Of a stretch of 64,000 nt of DNA, positions 19,507 to 31,100 are shown in pieces. The notes under the pieces are model-generated. The model worked only from the letters and a program-made list of their open reading frames with translations, was not told the origin of the DNA and did not search any database. Origin of the DNA: Thermodesulfobacteriota bacterium (GTDB lineage: Bacteria; Desulfobacterota; BSN033; UBA1163); contig JBEKUZ010000017.1 of NCBI GenBank assembly GCA_049514515.1, positions 1,006 through 65,005 of the forward strand. Reading direction: 5' to 3'. The position numbers and the translations under genes were made by a program. How positions within the stretch are numbered: the stretch's first letter is position 1; every line of letters starts with the position of its first letter.

Positions 19507-19980
19507 TTAGGCCTTAAATTTAAAGTCATCGGGATTGAGACTTTCCAGCCACTCCTTGAGATGATCTCCTTCTTTTTCCATATCGATGGTTCGGGCTTTT
19601 TCGATGACCTGTTCGGACACGAAGATTGGGGCGTCCACAGCCAGAGCGATGGCCATGGCATCACTGGGACGGGAGTCGATAATGATCTCCTCCCCTCCTC
19701 GGTTGAGGTAGATCAAGGCGTAGTAGGTATTTTCCTTCAGGTCATTGACCACGATTTTTACCACCTGGGATTGAAGGGTCTTTAAAATGTTATGGATCAA
19801 ATCATGGGTCGATGGCCGATGAGAACCCATCTTCTTCAGTTTCATCGCGATAGCATTGGCCTCGAAGGGACCGATCCAAATAGGAAGCCCTGTTTTATTC
19901 GATAAATCCATCAGGAGAACGACAAATCCGTTTGATGTGGAATCGAATGTCAGAAACTTCACCTTCATCTCGAAGTACAT
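19507..19980 (-). CDS. Bifunctional nuclease family protein (DUF151/BFN domain)
   Basis: GFVVLLMDLSNKTGLPIWIGPFEANAIA and the BFN-domain signature. Confidence 0.7.
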   Translation of the reverse strand: MYFEMKVKFLTFDSTSNGFVVLLMDLSNKTGLPIWIGPFEANAIAMKLKKMGSHRPSTHDLIHNILKTLQSQVVKIVVNDLKENTYYALIYLNRGGEEIIIDSRPSDAMAIALAVDAPIFVSEQVIEKARTIDMEKEGDHLKEWLESLNPDDFKFKA

Positions 19981-20397
19981 CCCGTCTCTCCTTTCGTTCC
20001 GCTGATCCTTGGCATAAACATGCCGCCGTTTCTCTCGGTCTTCGAATTGCTTCAGGGTTCCTGTTGACCAAATCTTGGGTAACGAGACGAATGAGTCCGC
20101 GCTTCTGTTTATCGTTACACTTCGTTTGGAAATAGAGGGACAAGAAAGGTCGGGGAACCTGCTCCGGGTGGGCCGCTATGTTATTCCGGTCCCTCCTATC
20201 CACGGCCTAGCCCTGCCTCTTCTTCCGCAAGAAGAAGGGGGACGAGCGGATAAGCAAATCAGAACGCTTAATTTAATCTATCTTAAATGAAGAAGGATGG
20301 AAAAATCAACCCTTCGACCTCGGGCTCAGGATCAAGAGGTTCCCGGGCGAAACGACGAACTCGGCCCCGAAAAGACAGGGTTTGGCGTCGTTAAGTA

Positions 20398-21948
20398 TCA
20401 GATCCCTCCCCTGAGAAGAGTGGGCAGTCTTTGAAGAATGTCTGTGGCAATTAAAGATTTTTCGCCTATCTCCCGAGCAACCTCATCACCCGCCAATCCA
20501 TGAATGTAAACGGCGATTTGGACAGAGGTGAGAATGTCAAATCCTTGACAAACCAGCCCACCGATCATTCCGGTGAGCACGTCTCCCGTTCCTCCCGAGG
20601 CCATCCCCGCATTGCCGGTCGGGTTGATAAAGACCTCTCCCTTGGGGGTGGTGATCAGGGTGGGATGCCCCTTGAGGACAAGATGTACGTGCTGGGATTG
20701 TGAGAAATTTCTGCTCAGACCGACCCGATCTTCCAGGACTTCCTTGGTCTGGGATCGGATCAGTCTTGCCATCTCTCCTGGATGGGGGGTGAGAATAAAC
20801 GAGCGATTCTTGATGGGAAGGGTCTTAGGTTGGGTTGCCAATGCCGTCAAACCGTCGGCATCCAAAATGATCGGGAGATCCAGTGTCTTGATCAGCTTGA
20901 GGACGAGCGATTGCGTTTCTTTAAACGTTCCCAGGCCAGGACCAATGACCACCGCCTTTTTGTTTTCGCAGAGACGGACGATGGTCCCGAACGCCCGGAG
21001 GCTAAGTGTTTGTTTGGCGGTCTCCGGAAGAGGCTCCGTCATGACCTCTGTCAATTTTATCTCCATGACGGCATTGAGGCTTTTGGGGAGGGCAAGGGTG
21101 ACCAGGCCCGCTCCCACCCTGAGGGCAGCCTGACTGGCCATGGCTGCGGCTCCTGTCTTGCCAACCGATCCCGCAATGACCAGCAGGTGTCCGTAATCGC
21201 CTTTGTGGGTATTTGGATTCCGGGGGACAGACAACCATTTCTGGATCTCTTCTTTCTCCAAAAGGTAGGTCGGGATTCTTTCCTCCTCCACCAACCTCCT
21301 GGGGATACCGATATCGATGACCTTCACCTTTCCCACATAGTCGATTCCTGGCGGAATGAGGTGGCCTATCTTGGGCAAACCAAACGTGATCGTGAGAAAA
21401 GCCCGGATCGCCGTGCCAAGAGGTTTGCCGGTGTCGGCGTCTAAGCCGGAAGGAATATCAATGGCAACCATAGGCTTTTGGATCGTATTCAAATGATCGA
21501 TCACCTCTCTGTAATAACCCCTCACCTCCGCATCGAGCCCCGTGCCAAAAATGCCATCTATCAAGATGTCGAACTTTTCGATGTCCCTTTTCACTTTGAT
21601 GTAGTCTTTAGAAGAAGGAACAGGGACGACTTCCCCCTTCATGCGGTGGAAGATGGTAAAATTCGTCTCCGCATCGCCTCGGAGACCCTTGGGGTCGGTA
21701 AGGAGATAGGCTCTTACAGAAACCCCTCGGTTCAGAAGATATCGAGCGATCACAAACCCATCTCCTCCGTTGTTCCCTTTCCCGGCGATGATCGCTATCT
21801 TCTTGTTGCGGATATCGGGGAAGGTATCGGAGATCACCTCCGCCGCTCCCCTTCCTGCATTTTCCATGAGGACGATTCCGGGAATACGATAGGTCTCAAT
21901 GGACTTCCGATCCAACTCCTGCATCTGTTCAGCGGTCGCTACTTTCAT
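20398..21948 (-). CDS. nnr: Bifunctional NAD(P)H-hydrate repair enzyme (epimerase plus ADP-dependent dehydratase)
   Basis: YjeF-N (AGKGNNGGDG) and YjeF-C carbohydrate-kinase domains. Confidence 0.85.
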   Translation of the reverse strand: MKVATAEQMQELDRKSIETYRIPGIVLMENAGRGAAEVISDTFPDIRNKKIAIIAGKGNNGGDGFVIARYLLNRGVSVRAYLLTDPKGLRGDAETNFTIFHRMKGEVVPVPSSKDYIKVKRDIEKFDILIDGIFGTGLDAEVRGYYREVIDHLNTIQKPMVAIDIPSGLDADTGKPLGTAIRAFLTITFGLPKIGHLIPPGIDYVGKVKVIDIGIPRRLVEEERIPTYLLEKEEIQKWLSVPRNPNTHKGDYGHLLVIAGSVGKTGAAAMASQAALRVGAGLVTLALPKSLNAVMEIKLTEVMTEPLPETAKQTLSLRAFGTIVRLCENKKAVVIGPGLGTFKETQSLVLKLIKTLDLPIILDADGLTALATQPKTLPIKNRSFILTPHPGEMARLIRSQTKEVLEDRVGLSRNFSQSQHVHLVLKGHPTLITTPKGEVFINPTGNAGMASGGTGDVLTGMIGGLVCQGFDILTSVQIAVYIHGLAGDEVAREIGEKSLIATDILQRLPTLLRGGI

Positions 21949-22330
21949 CGGTTCCTTCCTCTAATAGCACATGGGCCACGGCATAGGGTCGATCGTGGGA
22001 AAGGGTGAGAAGAGCCTTTTCAATGCGGAGGGTTTCATATGCCTCCTTTGCCTTTCGATGGAAGGAGAACATGGGTTTTCCCATGGGATCGTTCTCCACT
22101 TCGATATCCGTCCATTGGATACCGTTCCGGAGCCCCCATCCGATGGCTTTGAGGAAGGCCTCTTTTGCCGCAAATCGGATGGCGAAGCACTCAGCCGGGC
22201 GGGCCTGGCGTTGACACCGGGCGATCTCTTTCTTTGTAAAGACTCGACCCAGAAAAAGATCTCCCCAACGGCCCATCAGATGCTCGATTCGATCAATGTT
22301 CACAATGTCAATACCCGTTCCGATGATCAT
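21929..22330 (-). CDS. acpS: Holo-[acyl-carrier-protein] synthase
   Basis: MIIGTGIDIVNIDRI and the ACPS fold. The start was trimmed to the internal Met because the six-frame ORF runs upstream through a palindromic repeat. Confidence 0.8.
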   Translation of the reverse strand: MIIGTGIDIVNIDRIEHLMGRWGDLFLGRVFTKKEIARCQRQARPAECFAIRFAAKEAFLKAIGWGLRNGIQWTDIEVENDPMGKPMFSFHRKAKEAYETLRIEKALLTLSHDRPYAVAHVLLEEGTDESSDR

Positions 22331-22339
22331 ACAACCATT

Positions 22340-22410
22340 TCGGAATGCGGAATTCGGAATGCGGAGGTCAAAAGCTTTTATTCCGCACTCCGCACTCCGC
22401 AATTTATTTA
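22340..22410. repeat. Palindrome with tandem ggaatgcgg / ccgcactcc units
   Basis: cggaatgcggaattcggaatgcgg ... ccgcactccgcactccgcaa. The six-frame acpS ORF reads through it artefactually. Confidence 0.6.
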
Positions 22411-23117
22411 ATAAGGGCGACCATCTCCCGAACAGCCTGATCTAACCCTACCAGAACCGCCCGGGCAATAATGCTGTGGCCGATATTGAGTTCCTCGATT
22501 TCCTTGATTTCTGCAATCCGTCGGACGTTCACGTAATTCAACCCGTGGCCTGCGGCAATCCGGAGATCACGGTGAGAGGCCTCGGCGACTGCGTCGAGAA
22601 TTATTTTTAGCTCTTCATCTTCCTCGGAAGGATTCTTTGCATCGCAGTACCGACCGGTGTGAATCTCGATGGCATCCGCGCCCACATCCTCCGAGGCCTT
22701 GATTTGATTTTTTTGGGGATCCACAAAGAGGCTGACCGGGATTCCTCCCTTGTGGAGTCGTTGAATCGCCTTTTTGAGAGATGGACTGAATTTGATGACG
22801 TCGAGCCCGCCTTCTGTCGTCAATTCTTCTCTTTTTTCAGGAACGAGGGTGGCGATATTTGGCTTGGTTGATAGGGCAATGCGGATCATCTCTTCAGTAG
22901 GCGCCATTTCAAGATTCAATCGGGTCTGAATCGTCTCTCTGAGTATTCGTAGGTCTCGATCTTGGATGTGGCGTCGATCCTCCCTCAGGTGACATACGAT
23001 TCCGTCCGCTCCGGCCAATTCCGCGATTCCTGCAGCGGTGACAGGATCGGGGTACATCACCCCTCTGGCCTGCCTGACCGTGGCGACATGATCAATGTTG
23101 ACACCCAACCTCGGCAT
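22404..23117 (-). CDS. pdxJ: Pyridoxine 5'-phosphate synthase
   Basis: [16 protein letters not shown] and the PdxJ signature. The start was trimmed to MPRLGVN. Confidence 0.85.
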   Translation of the reverse strand: MPRLGVNIDHVATVRQARGVMYPDPVTAAGIAELAGADGIVCHLREDRRHIQDRDLRILRETIQTRLNLEMAPTEEMIRIALSTKPNIATLVPEKREELTTEGGLDVIKFSPSLKKAIQRLHKGGIPVSLFVDPQKNQIKASEDVGADAIEIHTGRYCDAKNPSEEDEELKIILDAVAEASHRDLRIAAGHGLNYVNVRRIAEIKEIEELNIGHSIIARAVLVGLDQAVREMVALIK

Positions 23118-23188
23118 GATCCCCCCTGCATTCGAATGTCGAAAGTGGAAAGGAGAAAGCGGTTTAACCACATTCCCCTCTCTAGATT

Positions 23189-24544
23189 CTACTTCCCGAT
23201 GTATTTCTTAACCAGCTCGACAAGGTCTTGGGCAAACCGATGGAGTTTTGTTTCATCTTCTCCCTCGACCATGATTCGGAGGAGAGGTTCTGTTCCAGAA
23301 TAGCGAATCAAAATCCTTCCGGACTGTTCCAATGTTTTCTCAATCTCCCTGATCCTCTTTTCGATTTCTGGAAACCCAGACAGGTTTTTCTTCTCTTTGA
23401 CTTCTACGTTATAGAGAACCTGAGGAAGAGGTTCCATCACGTGGGTCAGTTCGTCTAAGGGACGTTCTTTCTGTTTCATGATGGCCAGAACTTGTAGGGC
23501 CGTGAGGACCCCATCGCAAGTCGTATTGTAATCCAGAAAGATGGTATGGCCTGATTGCTCTCCCCCAAGATTGTAATCTCCCCGGACCATCTCCTCCACA
23601 ACATAACGGTCTCCTACTTGAGTCCTAATGACTTTCCCACCCGCATTTTTTATCGTCCGGTCCAGCCCAATATTACTCATTACGGTAGTGACCAGCGTTC
23701 CCTTTTTCAGCCTGTTTTCGGATAGCATCTGGTGAGCACAGATCGCCAGAATATAATCTCCATCCACCTCCTTCCCTTTTCGATCCACAAAGACGATTCG
23801 GTCCGCATCTCCGTCGAGAGCGATCCCGATATCTGCTTCCTTCTCCAGGACAAGGCGACTGACCATTTCCGGATAAAGCGAGCCGCAATGGTCGTTGATA
23901 TTTTCTCCATTGGGATCTACCCCAATTGGAATCACCTCGGCTCCCAATTCCTCGAGGACCGTCGGAGCTACTCGGTAGGCGGCCCCATTGGCACAATCTA
24001 AAGCGATTCGAAGACCGTCCAATGTTAAGTTGTTGGGAAAAGTATTTTTGAGAAAGACCACATACCTCCCGACGGCATCGTCGATGCGATGGGCCTTTCC
24101 AACTGCATTCGCTGTGGGACGGAGGGAATGGAGATGATTCGAAAGGATCAATTCTTCGATCCGGTGTTCGATTTCGTCCGGAAGTTTAAAGCCATCCTGA
24201 GAAAAGATTTTGATTCCATTGTCGTAGTAAGGATTGTGAGAGGCCGAAATCACGACACCCGCATTGGCCCTCATACTGGTGGTGATGAAAGCGATGCCGG
24301 GAGTGGGTAAAGGGCCCACCAACATGACATCCGCTCCCATGGAACAGACGCCGGAGGCCAACGCGGTTTCCAGCATATATCCCGAAAGCCGGGTATCTTT
24401 TCCCACCACAATCCGATGTCTTCCCTTCACGTCCTTAAAGATATGGGCGATGGCCCTTCCCAACTGCATGGCCATCTCTCCGGTCATGGGATCTGCATTG
24501 GCGACCCCTCTGATTCCATCCGTTCCAAATAGTTTACGTGTCAT
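23189..24544 (-). CDS. glmM: Phosphoglucosamine mutase
   Basis: LFGTDGIRG, the active-site Ser loop SASHNP, 451 aa. Confidence 0.9.
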   Translation of the reverse strand: MTRKLFGTDGIRGVANADPMTGEMAMQLGRAIAHIFKDVKGRHRIVVGKDTRLSGYMLETALASGVCSMGADVMLVGPLPTPGIAFITTSMRANAGVVISASHNPYYDNGIKIFSQDGFKLPDEIEHRIEELILSNHLHSLRPTANAVGKAHRIDDAVGRYVVFLKNTFPNNLTLDGLRIALDCANGAAYRVAPTVLEELGAEVIPIGVDPNGENINDHCGSLYPEMVSRLVLEKEADIGIALDGDADRIVFVDRKGKEVDGDYILAICAHQMLSENRLKKGTLVTTVMSNIGLDRTIKNAGGKVIRTQVGDRYVVEEMVRGDYNLGGEQSGHTIFLDYNTTCDGVLTALQVLAIMKQKERPLDELTHVMEPLPQVLYNVEVKEKKNLSGFPEIEKRIREIEKTLEQSGRILIRYSGTEPLLRIMVEGEDETKLHRFAQDLVELVKKYIGK

Positions 24545-24749
24545 TCTGTTTCACCCCCACCCGTAAAAATCCCTATTTTTTCCCTCTGCCTGCCTGCAGA
24601 CCGTGTACCTAACTACCGTGCGAGGCAGGCTTTTCTAAGATGGATTGGGAAGGATTAGGTTAGTCATCGTTATCATATTTTCTAAATAAAGGTCAAGTAG
24701 CGCCTGCATTTACTGCGGACGCATTCTATCCCCCCATAAGATGAGGGCG

Positions 24750-25955
24750 CTACGCTTCTCCTGCCAGACGGATGGCGTCGGCTACAGCGATAGCCCTTTT
24801 TGCCTGGAGCACATCGTGACAGCGAATGATATTGGCCCCGTTGAGAACGCCAACCGCAATACTTGAGAGCGTTCCTTCCAATCGCTCTCCGACCTCCGCG
24901 TTCAGAATTTTCCCGATGAAAATTTTGCGTGACGTCCCCAGAAGAATAGGCTTTCCAAGTACTCGAAATTCAAAGAGATTTTTTATGATAGAAAGGTTAT
25001 CCTCAACGGTTTTTCCAAAACCGATTCCGGGATCGATGATGATCTGGCACGGGTCCAACCCCGCGGATTCTGCCCTCTGAATAGAATCTTTCAAATACTG
25101 AAGTATTTCAGAAAATAGGGAATCGTAATGGATATTCTTCTGCATCGTTTCAGGGGTTCCACGGATGTGCATGAGGACAAGGGGGATATCCTCCTTCGAG
25201 GCCACTTTCGCCAGGTCGGGGTCGAAGTTCAACCCGCTGATATCATTGATTATTTCAGCTCCTGCCTCGATCGCCTTCTGCGCTACAACCGATTTATAGG
25301 TATCGATGGAGATGGGCACATCCACTTTGGCGGCAATCGATTTGATAACGGGAATGACGCGGCGAAGCTCCTCTTCTAATTGGAGAGGCTTCGAGCCAGG
25401 TCTGGTCGATTCCCCTCCGATATCGATAATATCCGCCCCCTCCTCAACCATCTTCAGTCCGTGCGAGATAGCCTTTTCTCTGTCAAAGAAGAGGCCACCG
25501 TCTGAAAAAGAATCCGGAGTGATATTGAGAACCCCCATCAAAAGCGTTCTCTTTCCCAGCAACAACGTCCGCTTTCGGCAGCGGATGGCGTATTGTGTCT
25601 TAGAAATGTTCTTAAGGGTTTCTTTAATGGACTGACCAAGAGGGTTGAGGCCTGGATATTGTTCCAATTTGGAGATCAGTTTTTCGAAATGTTTCTGATT
25701 TCCCATTAGAAGGGCGTCCGTCTTTTCGGTGCTGCAATCAAATCCCCTTTCATCGACAGCAATGTCCCCGCCCAATGCGAACATCTCCTGTTTGAGAAGA
25801 TTAGCCGTCCGAGGTTCGATCCCTTCTACTTTGAGATTGAAATGGAGGGTCTTACCCTCCATTAGCCCGATGCTCGCCGGATCCACCCCCATGCTCTCCA
25901 TTTGGTGAATGGCTTCGCTGGCATTTGTAATGTGAAGGCATCGAATCAGATTCAT
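24750..25955 (-). CDS. folP: Dihydropteroate synthase with a ~120-aa N-terminal extension
   Basis: Pterin-binding core (GVLNITPDSFSDGG ... IIDIGGEST ... ILLGTSRK) preceded by an additional domain not found in the minimal FolP. Confidence 0.8.
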   Translation of the reverse strand: MNLIRCLHITNASEAIHQMESMGVDPASIGLMEGKTLHFNLKVEGIEPRTANLLKQEMFALGGDIAVDERGFDCSTEKTDALLMGNQKHFEKLISKLEQYPGLNPLGQSIKETLKNISKTQYAIRCRKRTLLLGKRTLLMGVLNITPDSFSDGGLFFDREKAISHGLKMVEEGADIIDIGGESTRPGSKPLQLEEELRRVIPVIKSIAAKVDVPISIDTYKSVVAQKAIEAGAEIINDISGLNFDPDLAKVASKEDIPLVLMHIRGTPETMQKNIHYDSLFSEILQYLKDSIQRAESAGLDPCQIIIDPGIGFGKTVEDNLSIIKNLFEFRVLGKPILLGTSRKIFIGKILNAEVGERLEGTLSSIAVGVLNGANIIRCHDVLQAKRAIAVADAIRLAGEA

Positions 25956-25960
25956 CTTGC

Positions 25961-27754
25961 CTAAACATTCTCACCCTTGATGATGGCCTCGATTTGATTT
26001 CCGTCAAGAACCTCTTTTTCAAGAAGCGTATTTGCCAACGTATGGAGAGTGGTCATATTCGTCTGGACGATCTCTTTCGCCTTTTCATAGCCTTGGGCGA
26101 CGATGGTCCTTACTTCACCATCAATCAAACGTGCTGTCTCCTCACTATAGTCCCGGTGGCGGGCAAACTCTCTTCCCAAAAAGATCTCTTCTTCTTTCTT
26201 ACCAAAAGTCAGAGGGCCAAGCTTTTCGCTCATTCCCCACTCGCAGACCATTTTTCTGGCGATCTCCGTGGAGCGTTCGATGTCATTTCCCGCCCCGGTG
26301 GTTTGGCTGTTCAACACCAGTTCCTCCGCCACCCTCCCACCCATCATCACGGCGATGTTGTTCAGCAGATAGTCCCTGGGGTAGGTATGCTTTTCGTCTA
26401 TGGGGAGCTGTTGTGTGATTCCAAGAGCTCGGCCCCTGGGGATAATCGTGACTTTGTGAATGGGGTCTGTTCCCGGGATCATTCGTGCGACCAACGTATG
26501 ACCTGCCTCATGAAAAGCGGTAATTCTTCGCTCCTCCAGAGGGATGATCATTGATTTCCGTTCGACGCCCATCAGGACTTTATCTTTGGCCTGTTCAAAG
26601 TCGGCCATCTCGATGCGTTCTTTTCCTAACCGGGCGGCCAGCAGAGCCGCTTCGTTCACGAGGTTCTCCAGGTCGGCTCCGGTAAATCCAGGGGTTCCTC
26701 TGGACAGGACTGCGAGATTGACATCTGCCCCCAACAGGGTCTTGCCAGAGTGAACCTTCAGGATTTGCTCTCTTCCTTTGACATCGGGAAGGGGCACAAC
26801 CACCTGACGGTCAAAACGACCTGGCCTGAGTAGGGCAGGGTCTAAAACATCTGGCCGGTTTGTGGCTGCGATCAGGATGACCCCTTCGTTCGATTCGAAT
26901 CCGTCCATTTCAACCAACAGCTGATTTAAGGTCTGCTCTCGCTCATCGTGCCCCCCGCCCAGGCCGGCTCCTCGATGCCTTCCAACGGCGTCGATCTCGT
27001 CAATGAAAATGATGCAGGGGGCGTTCCGTTTTCCCTGAAGGAAGAGGTCTCGAACCCTGGAAGCTCCGACTCCCACGAACATCTCCACGAAATCAGAACC
27101 GCTGATGCTGAAAAAGGGAACGTCAGCTTCGCCTGCAATCGCTCGTGCGAGAAGCGTTTTCCCCGTTCCGGGGGCGCCGATGAGAAGAACTCCCTTAGGG
27201 ATCCTTCCGCCAAGCTTCGTAAACTTTTTGGGATCCCTGAGAAAATCGATGATCTCCTCAAGTTCACCTTTGGCTTCTTCAATTCCAGCGACATTCTCAA
27301 ATGTTACCTGATGGAGTTCTTTCGTCAGAACTTTCGCCTTACTCTTTCCAAAAGAGAGGGCCTTTCCACCGCCGATTTGCATCTGCCGAATGAAAAAGAG
27401 CAAAACGCCTACGAGAATAATCACCGGAAGCGATGTGATGAGAATACTCCAGAGAGAGAAGGACTCCTCTTCTTTCTTCACATTGATAACCACCCCTTTA
27501 TCTCGGAGAAGTTTAATCATCTCGGGGTCTTCAGGGGCATAAGTTTTGAAGCGTCTTCCTTCTTTATCCCTCCAAATAATGTTTCTACCGCGTATCTCCG
27601 CCTCCTGAACCCGATTGTTTTCCACGGTGGAGATGAAATCGGAATAATTTTTTTCTACCGCTGTTTGACGGGGTTTACTGAAAAGCTGGAAGAGAAGAAC
27701 CATCAGGATGACGATAATTGCCCAGAAGATCAGGTTCTTATAAAGAGAACTCAA
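25961..27754 (-). CDS. ftsH: ATP-dependent zinc metalloprotease FtsH
   Basis: AAA+ motifs ([14 protein letters not shown]), the HEAGH zinc motif, and N-terminal TM helices. Confidence 0.95.
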   Translation of the reverse strand: MSSLYKNLIFWAIIVILMVLLFQLFSKPRQTAVEKNYSDFISTVENNRVQEAEIRGRNIIWRDKEGRRFKTYAPEDPEMIKLLRDKGVVINVKKEEESFSLWSILITSLPVIILVGVLLFFIRQMQIGGGKALSFGKSKAKVLTKELHQVTFENVAGIEEAKGELEEIIDFLRDPKKFTKLGGRIPKGVLLIGAPGTGKTLLARAIAGEADVPFFSISGSDFVEMFVGVGASRVRDLFLQGKRNAPCIIFIDEIDAVGRHRGAGLGGGHDEREQTLNQLLVEMDGFESNEGVILIAATNRPDVLDPALLRPGRFDRQVVVPLPDVKGREQILKVHSGKTLLGADVNLAVLSRGTPGFTGADLENLVNEAALLAARLGKERIEMADFEQAKDKVLMGVERKSMIIPLEERRITAFHEAGHTLVARMIPGTDPIHKVTIIPRGRALGITQQLPIDEKHTYPRDYLLNNIAVMMGGRVAEELVLNSQTTGAGNDIERSTEIARKMVCEWGMSEKLGPLTFGKKEEEIFLGREFARHRDYSEETARLIDGEVRTIVAQGYEKAKEIVQTNMTTLHTLANTLLEKEVLDGNQIEAIIKGENV

Positions 27755-28049
27755 AAATTTTCCTCCGATATTGAAATTTAGCTAAAAAAGATTAACATAG
27801 TCTATATTTTATTTCAATATCAGGGATTTACTCGTAGACATAGTCCGGAGCCCATGGAATCCTTGAGACGGGATCGCACCCTAATCTCTTAACTCTTTGA
27901 ATTATTTGGGTAAATGTTCTATGAGAACGCATGGTTTATTTTTATTAAAAAAAGACTAATAATATTGCTGTGTTACGAATAAATATTAAAGTAAAATATA
28001 GTTTTTTTGCAAAGTCCAAATAAAGCGACGGAGCGTTTAGGGAGTAAAT

Positions 28050-28739
28050 ATGGTGATTGAATCATTGAAACGGTGTCCTCTTTTTGCCGGGCTGAAAGAA
28101 GAAGACCTGAAAAAGATCAAGGCAGTTGCTTCGCTAAGGCGGGTCGGAAAGAAGCAGATTCTCTTTTCCGATGGGGAGGAGGCAAGGGGATTCTATGTGA
28201 TCCTTTCGGGAAAGGTGAAACTCTTCAAGATATCGCCGGAAGGCAAGGAGCAGATTCTTCATGTGGTGTCTCCGCCGGAGGCCTTTGCTGAGGCAGCTCT
28301 GTTTCTCGAAGGAAATTACCCAGCCTTTGCCGAGACCCTAACAGATAGCCAGCTTCTGTTTTTCCCCAAGAGGGATTTCATCCATCTCATCGAGCGGAAT
28401 CCCCAGCTTAGCATCAATATGATCGTCTCTCTTTCGCACTTTTTGAGAAAATTTGCTTCCCTCATCGAAGAGCTTTCCCTCAAAGAGGTTTCATCGCGAG
28501 TTGCAAAATATCTGATCGATCTCTCTTTGAAATCAGCAAAAGAGGGAAGGAACCCCAGAGAGGTCGATTTGGATTTAAGCAAAAGCCAATTGGCTTCAAA
28601 GCTGGGGACAATTAGTGAGACCCTTTCAAGGAGCCTGGCAAAGATGAAAGCCAAAAAGATTATCGAGGTGAAGAAGAACAGGATTCTCATCTTGAATCGA
28701 GAAGCCTTAGAAGCGGTGGCCTCAGGTTTGAAAATATAA
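28050..28739 (+). CDS. Crp/Fnr-family transcriptional regulator of the DNR/NnrR-like class, with no N-terminal Cys cluster
   Basis: cNMP-binding-like beta-roll plus a C-terminal HTH whose recognition helix carries the E--SR motif (SETLSRSLAK) typical of regulators that bind TTGAT-N4-ATCAA-type boxes. Only one N-terminal Cys, so not an FNR-type [4Fe-4S] sensor. An AT-rich promoter region lies upstream. Confidence 0.75.
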   Translation: MVIESLKRCPLFAGLKEEDLKKIKAVASLRRVGKKQILFSDGEEARGFYVILSGKVKLFKISPEGKEQILHVVSPPEAFAEAALFLEGNYPAFAETLTDSQLLFFPKRDFIHLIERNPQLSINMIVSLSHFLRKFASLIEELSLKEVSSRVAKYLIDLSLKSAKEGRNPREVDLDLSKSQLASKLGTISETLSRSLAKMKAKKIIEVKKNRILILNREALEAVASGLKI

Positions 28740-28836
28740 TCCGTCCTCGATCAGAGGTTTCCGCCGTTTGCACAAGAGTTATCCACAGAGTAGGTGTCGA
28801 TGATTCCAATCCATTTGTGAGAAATGCCGAAGAGAT

Positions 28837-29928
28837 TCAGAAACTGCTTTTCTCAATTAAAAGTTTTACTTCTGGAAGGGCCACCTCCTCTATCGTGGAG
28901 GGCTGCCAGTGCGGCAGGTCATCTTTGTCCAGAATGCGAGCGCGGATGCCTTCGAGATAATCCGAGTGTCTTATCATAAAGCGGGCCGCCCTGGTCTCCG
29001 CAGCAAACACCTCCTCCAGGGGACGTCCTTCATTATGCCGCAGCAGCGCCAAGGTGAGGACGAGTGCTGTGGGAGATCGTTCCGACAGCCGGTGATAGAC
29101 ATCCTGACACAAACGGTCCTCCTGGCTGCATCGGGAGAGGGAATTCATGATTTCAGGGAGCGAGGTCTTCCCAGCGAAATGGGTTGCTACCCACTCATCC
29201 ATTTCAGGATTGATAGGCATGTCTTTCTGGAAGAAGGAGGCAAGATAGGATTTGAGGTGCTCTATCGCTACCGTTTGGTCATCGGTGAGCTTTCCCTGGA
29301 AACTTTGAAGGGCCTTTCTCAGTCTCGGCAATCGCTCTCCCCTGGTTAACGAGTTTGCCAGTCCCAGGCGTACGCATTCCGCCCCTTCCATTTCGTAACC
29401 TACAAGTCCAAGGTATTCGGGGTATCCTCTGGGACACTTTGTAAACATCCAGCCTGTTGCGCCCACATCGGGGAAAAAGCCGATACGGGTCTCGGGCATC
29501 GCCATGAGGGTTCGCTCTGCGGCAACCACAATATTGGCCCCGGCAGATATACCAAGACCTCCTCCCATGGTGATGCCATCGGCGATCACGATCACCGGCT
29601 TCGGAAACCGGTGTATAAAAAGGTCCAAACCATATTCCTCTCGAAAAAACTCATCCGCAACGGAGAAAGATTTCTCCTTGACTGCTTTTGCGAGTCTCTT
29701 AAGGTCGCCACCTGCGCAAAACCCTCGGTTCCCGGTTCCGAGGAACAGGACAAACTGATATTGGTCCTCTTGAATCGCTTCGTCAAGGGCTTGGCGGACC
29801 CGCAGGATCATCTCAGTAGTGAGAGCATTGATGACGCGGGGCCGGTTGAGGATGATCTCCATCATAGACGGGTGACGCGTTACAATAACCTCAGGTTCTC
29901 GTTGATATGAACCGGTTGCCATAAACAA
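28837..29928 (-). CDS. Enoyl-CoA hydratase/isomerase superfamily protein (3-hydroxyisobutyryl-CoA hydrolase-like)
   Basis: Crotonase-fold signature (ILNRP..INAL, GNRGFCAGGDLK) and the long C-terminal extension typical of HIBYL-CoA-H-type members. Confidence 0.7.
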   Translation of the reverse strand: MFMATGSYQREPEVIVTRHPSMMEIILNRPRVINALTTEMILRVRQALDEAIQEDQYQFVLFLGTGNRGFCAGGDLKRLAKAVKEKSFSVADEFFREEYGLDLFIHRFPKPVIVIADGITMGGGLGISAGANIVVAAERTLMAMPETRIGFFPDVGATGWMFTKCPRGYPEYLGLVGYEMEGAECVRLGLANSLTRGERLPRLRKALQSFQGKLTDDQTVAIEHLKSYLASFFQKDMPINPEMDEWVATHFAGKTSLPEIMNSLSRCSQEDRLCQDVYHRLSERSPTALVLTLALLRHNEGRPLEEVFAAETRAARFMIRHSDYLEGIRARILDKDDLPHWQPSTIEEVALPEVKLLIEKSSF

Positions 29929-30221
29929 TATCCGCTATTTCCTCCATGAAAAAGAGTTCGCTGACGATGGCTTTCCCATTTTCTTATACATGAGTGATCA
30001 AGATAAATGGGGTGAATCAAGTATTTTTCGGGTTAAGAGACTGTATTTGAACCCCGCTTATACCAAATTCTTTTCTCTCCGGGCCTGTCATGTCGGATCT
30101 TCCGGGAGCAAGAGGAAAGATGAAATTGATAAATCGATAAATTGTTGGTAAATTGGTCTCAGTCCCACGATGAGGATGAGAAGGCATGTATCGACATCGT
30201 ATAAGAGAAGGGAGACCATAG

Positions 30222-31097
30222 ATGGAGATCGAGAAAGTATGCGTGGTCGGTATGGGAACGATGGGAAGCCAGATCGGGATAGTCTGTGCCAGAGGCGGTT
30301 TTCAAACCATCCTGGTGGACCTTTCCGAAGAGTTAACAAGAAAGGGCTTAGGATCTATCAAATCATTTCTAAGCAATCAGGTCAAAAGGGAAAGAATGAG
30401 AAGTGAGGAGATGGAGAAGGTTCTTTCTCTTATTGCCACGACGACAGATTTGACGAAAGCCCTTTCAGACGCGGCATTGGTGATCGAGGCGGTTTTTGAG
30501 GATATCAAGGCGAAGAAGGAGTTGTTCAAGAAGATGGACGGGATCTGTCTTAAGGAAGCCATTCTGGCAAGCAACACGTCCACGTTAAGCATTACGGAGA
30601 TGGGAGCAGTCACGTCTCGACCGGAAAGATGCATTGGAACACATTTCTTGATTCCGGCGGCCTTGACGCCGCTTGTCGAATTGGTGCGTGGGATAGAGAC
30701 TTCTGATGAGACCCACAAAACGATTATTGGCTTCATTACAACCTGCGGGAAAGAGACCGTTACCGTCGTGGACTCTCCGGGTTTTGTGGTCAACCGCCTT
30801 TACCTTCCGATGGTGAACGAGGCTTTCTATGTCTTGGAAAGTTCCCTTGCGAGTCCTGAAGACATCGACAGGTGTTGCGCAAGAGGCCTTGGCTTTCCTT
30901 TAGGCCCCTTGGCCGCGGCGGATGCCTTCGGGCTGGACATTCTTTTGCAATGTATGGAAACGTTTCATAAGGAGCTGGGTGAAAAATATCGACCGGCACC
31001 CCTCCTCGTCAAACTGGTCAAAGCAGGACGCCTCGGCCGCAAGAACGGAAGAGGAGTCTATGATTATCGCCTCTCCCCCCAGGGGACCGCATCGTAA
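30222..31097 (+). CDS. hbd: 3-hydroxyacyl-CoA / 3-hydroxybutyryl-CoA dehydrogenase
   Basis: Rossmann NAD motif [12 protein letters not shown] and the 3HCDH N- and C-terminal domains. Confidence 0.8.
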   Translation: MEIEKVCVVGMGTMGSQIGIVCARGGFQTILVDLSEELTRKGLGSIKSFLSNQVKRERMRSEEMEKVLSLIATTTDLTKALSDAALVIEAVFEDIKAKKELFKKMDGICLKEAILASNTSTLSITEMGAVTSRPERCIGTHFLIPAALTPLVELVRGIETSDETHKTIIGFITTCGKETVTVVDSPGFVVNRLYLPMVNEAFYVLESSLASPEDIDRCCARGLGFPLGPLAAADAFGLDILLQCMETFHKELGEKYRPAPLLVKLVKAGRLGRKNGRGVYDYRLSPQGTAS

Positions 31098-31100
31098 TGA

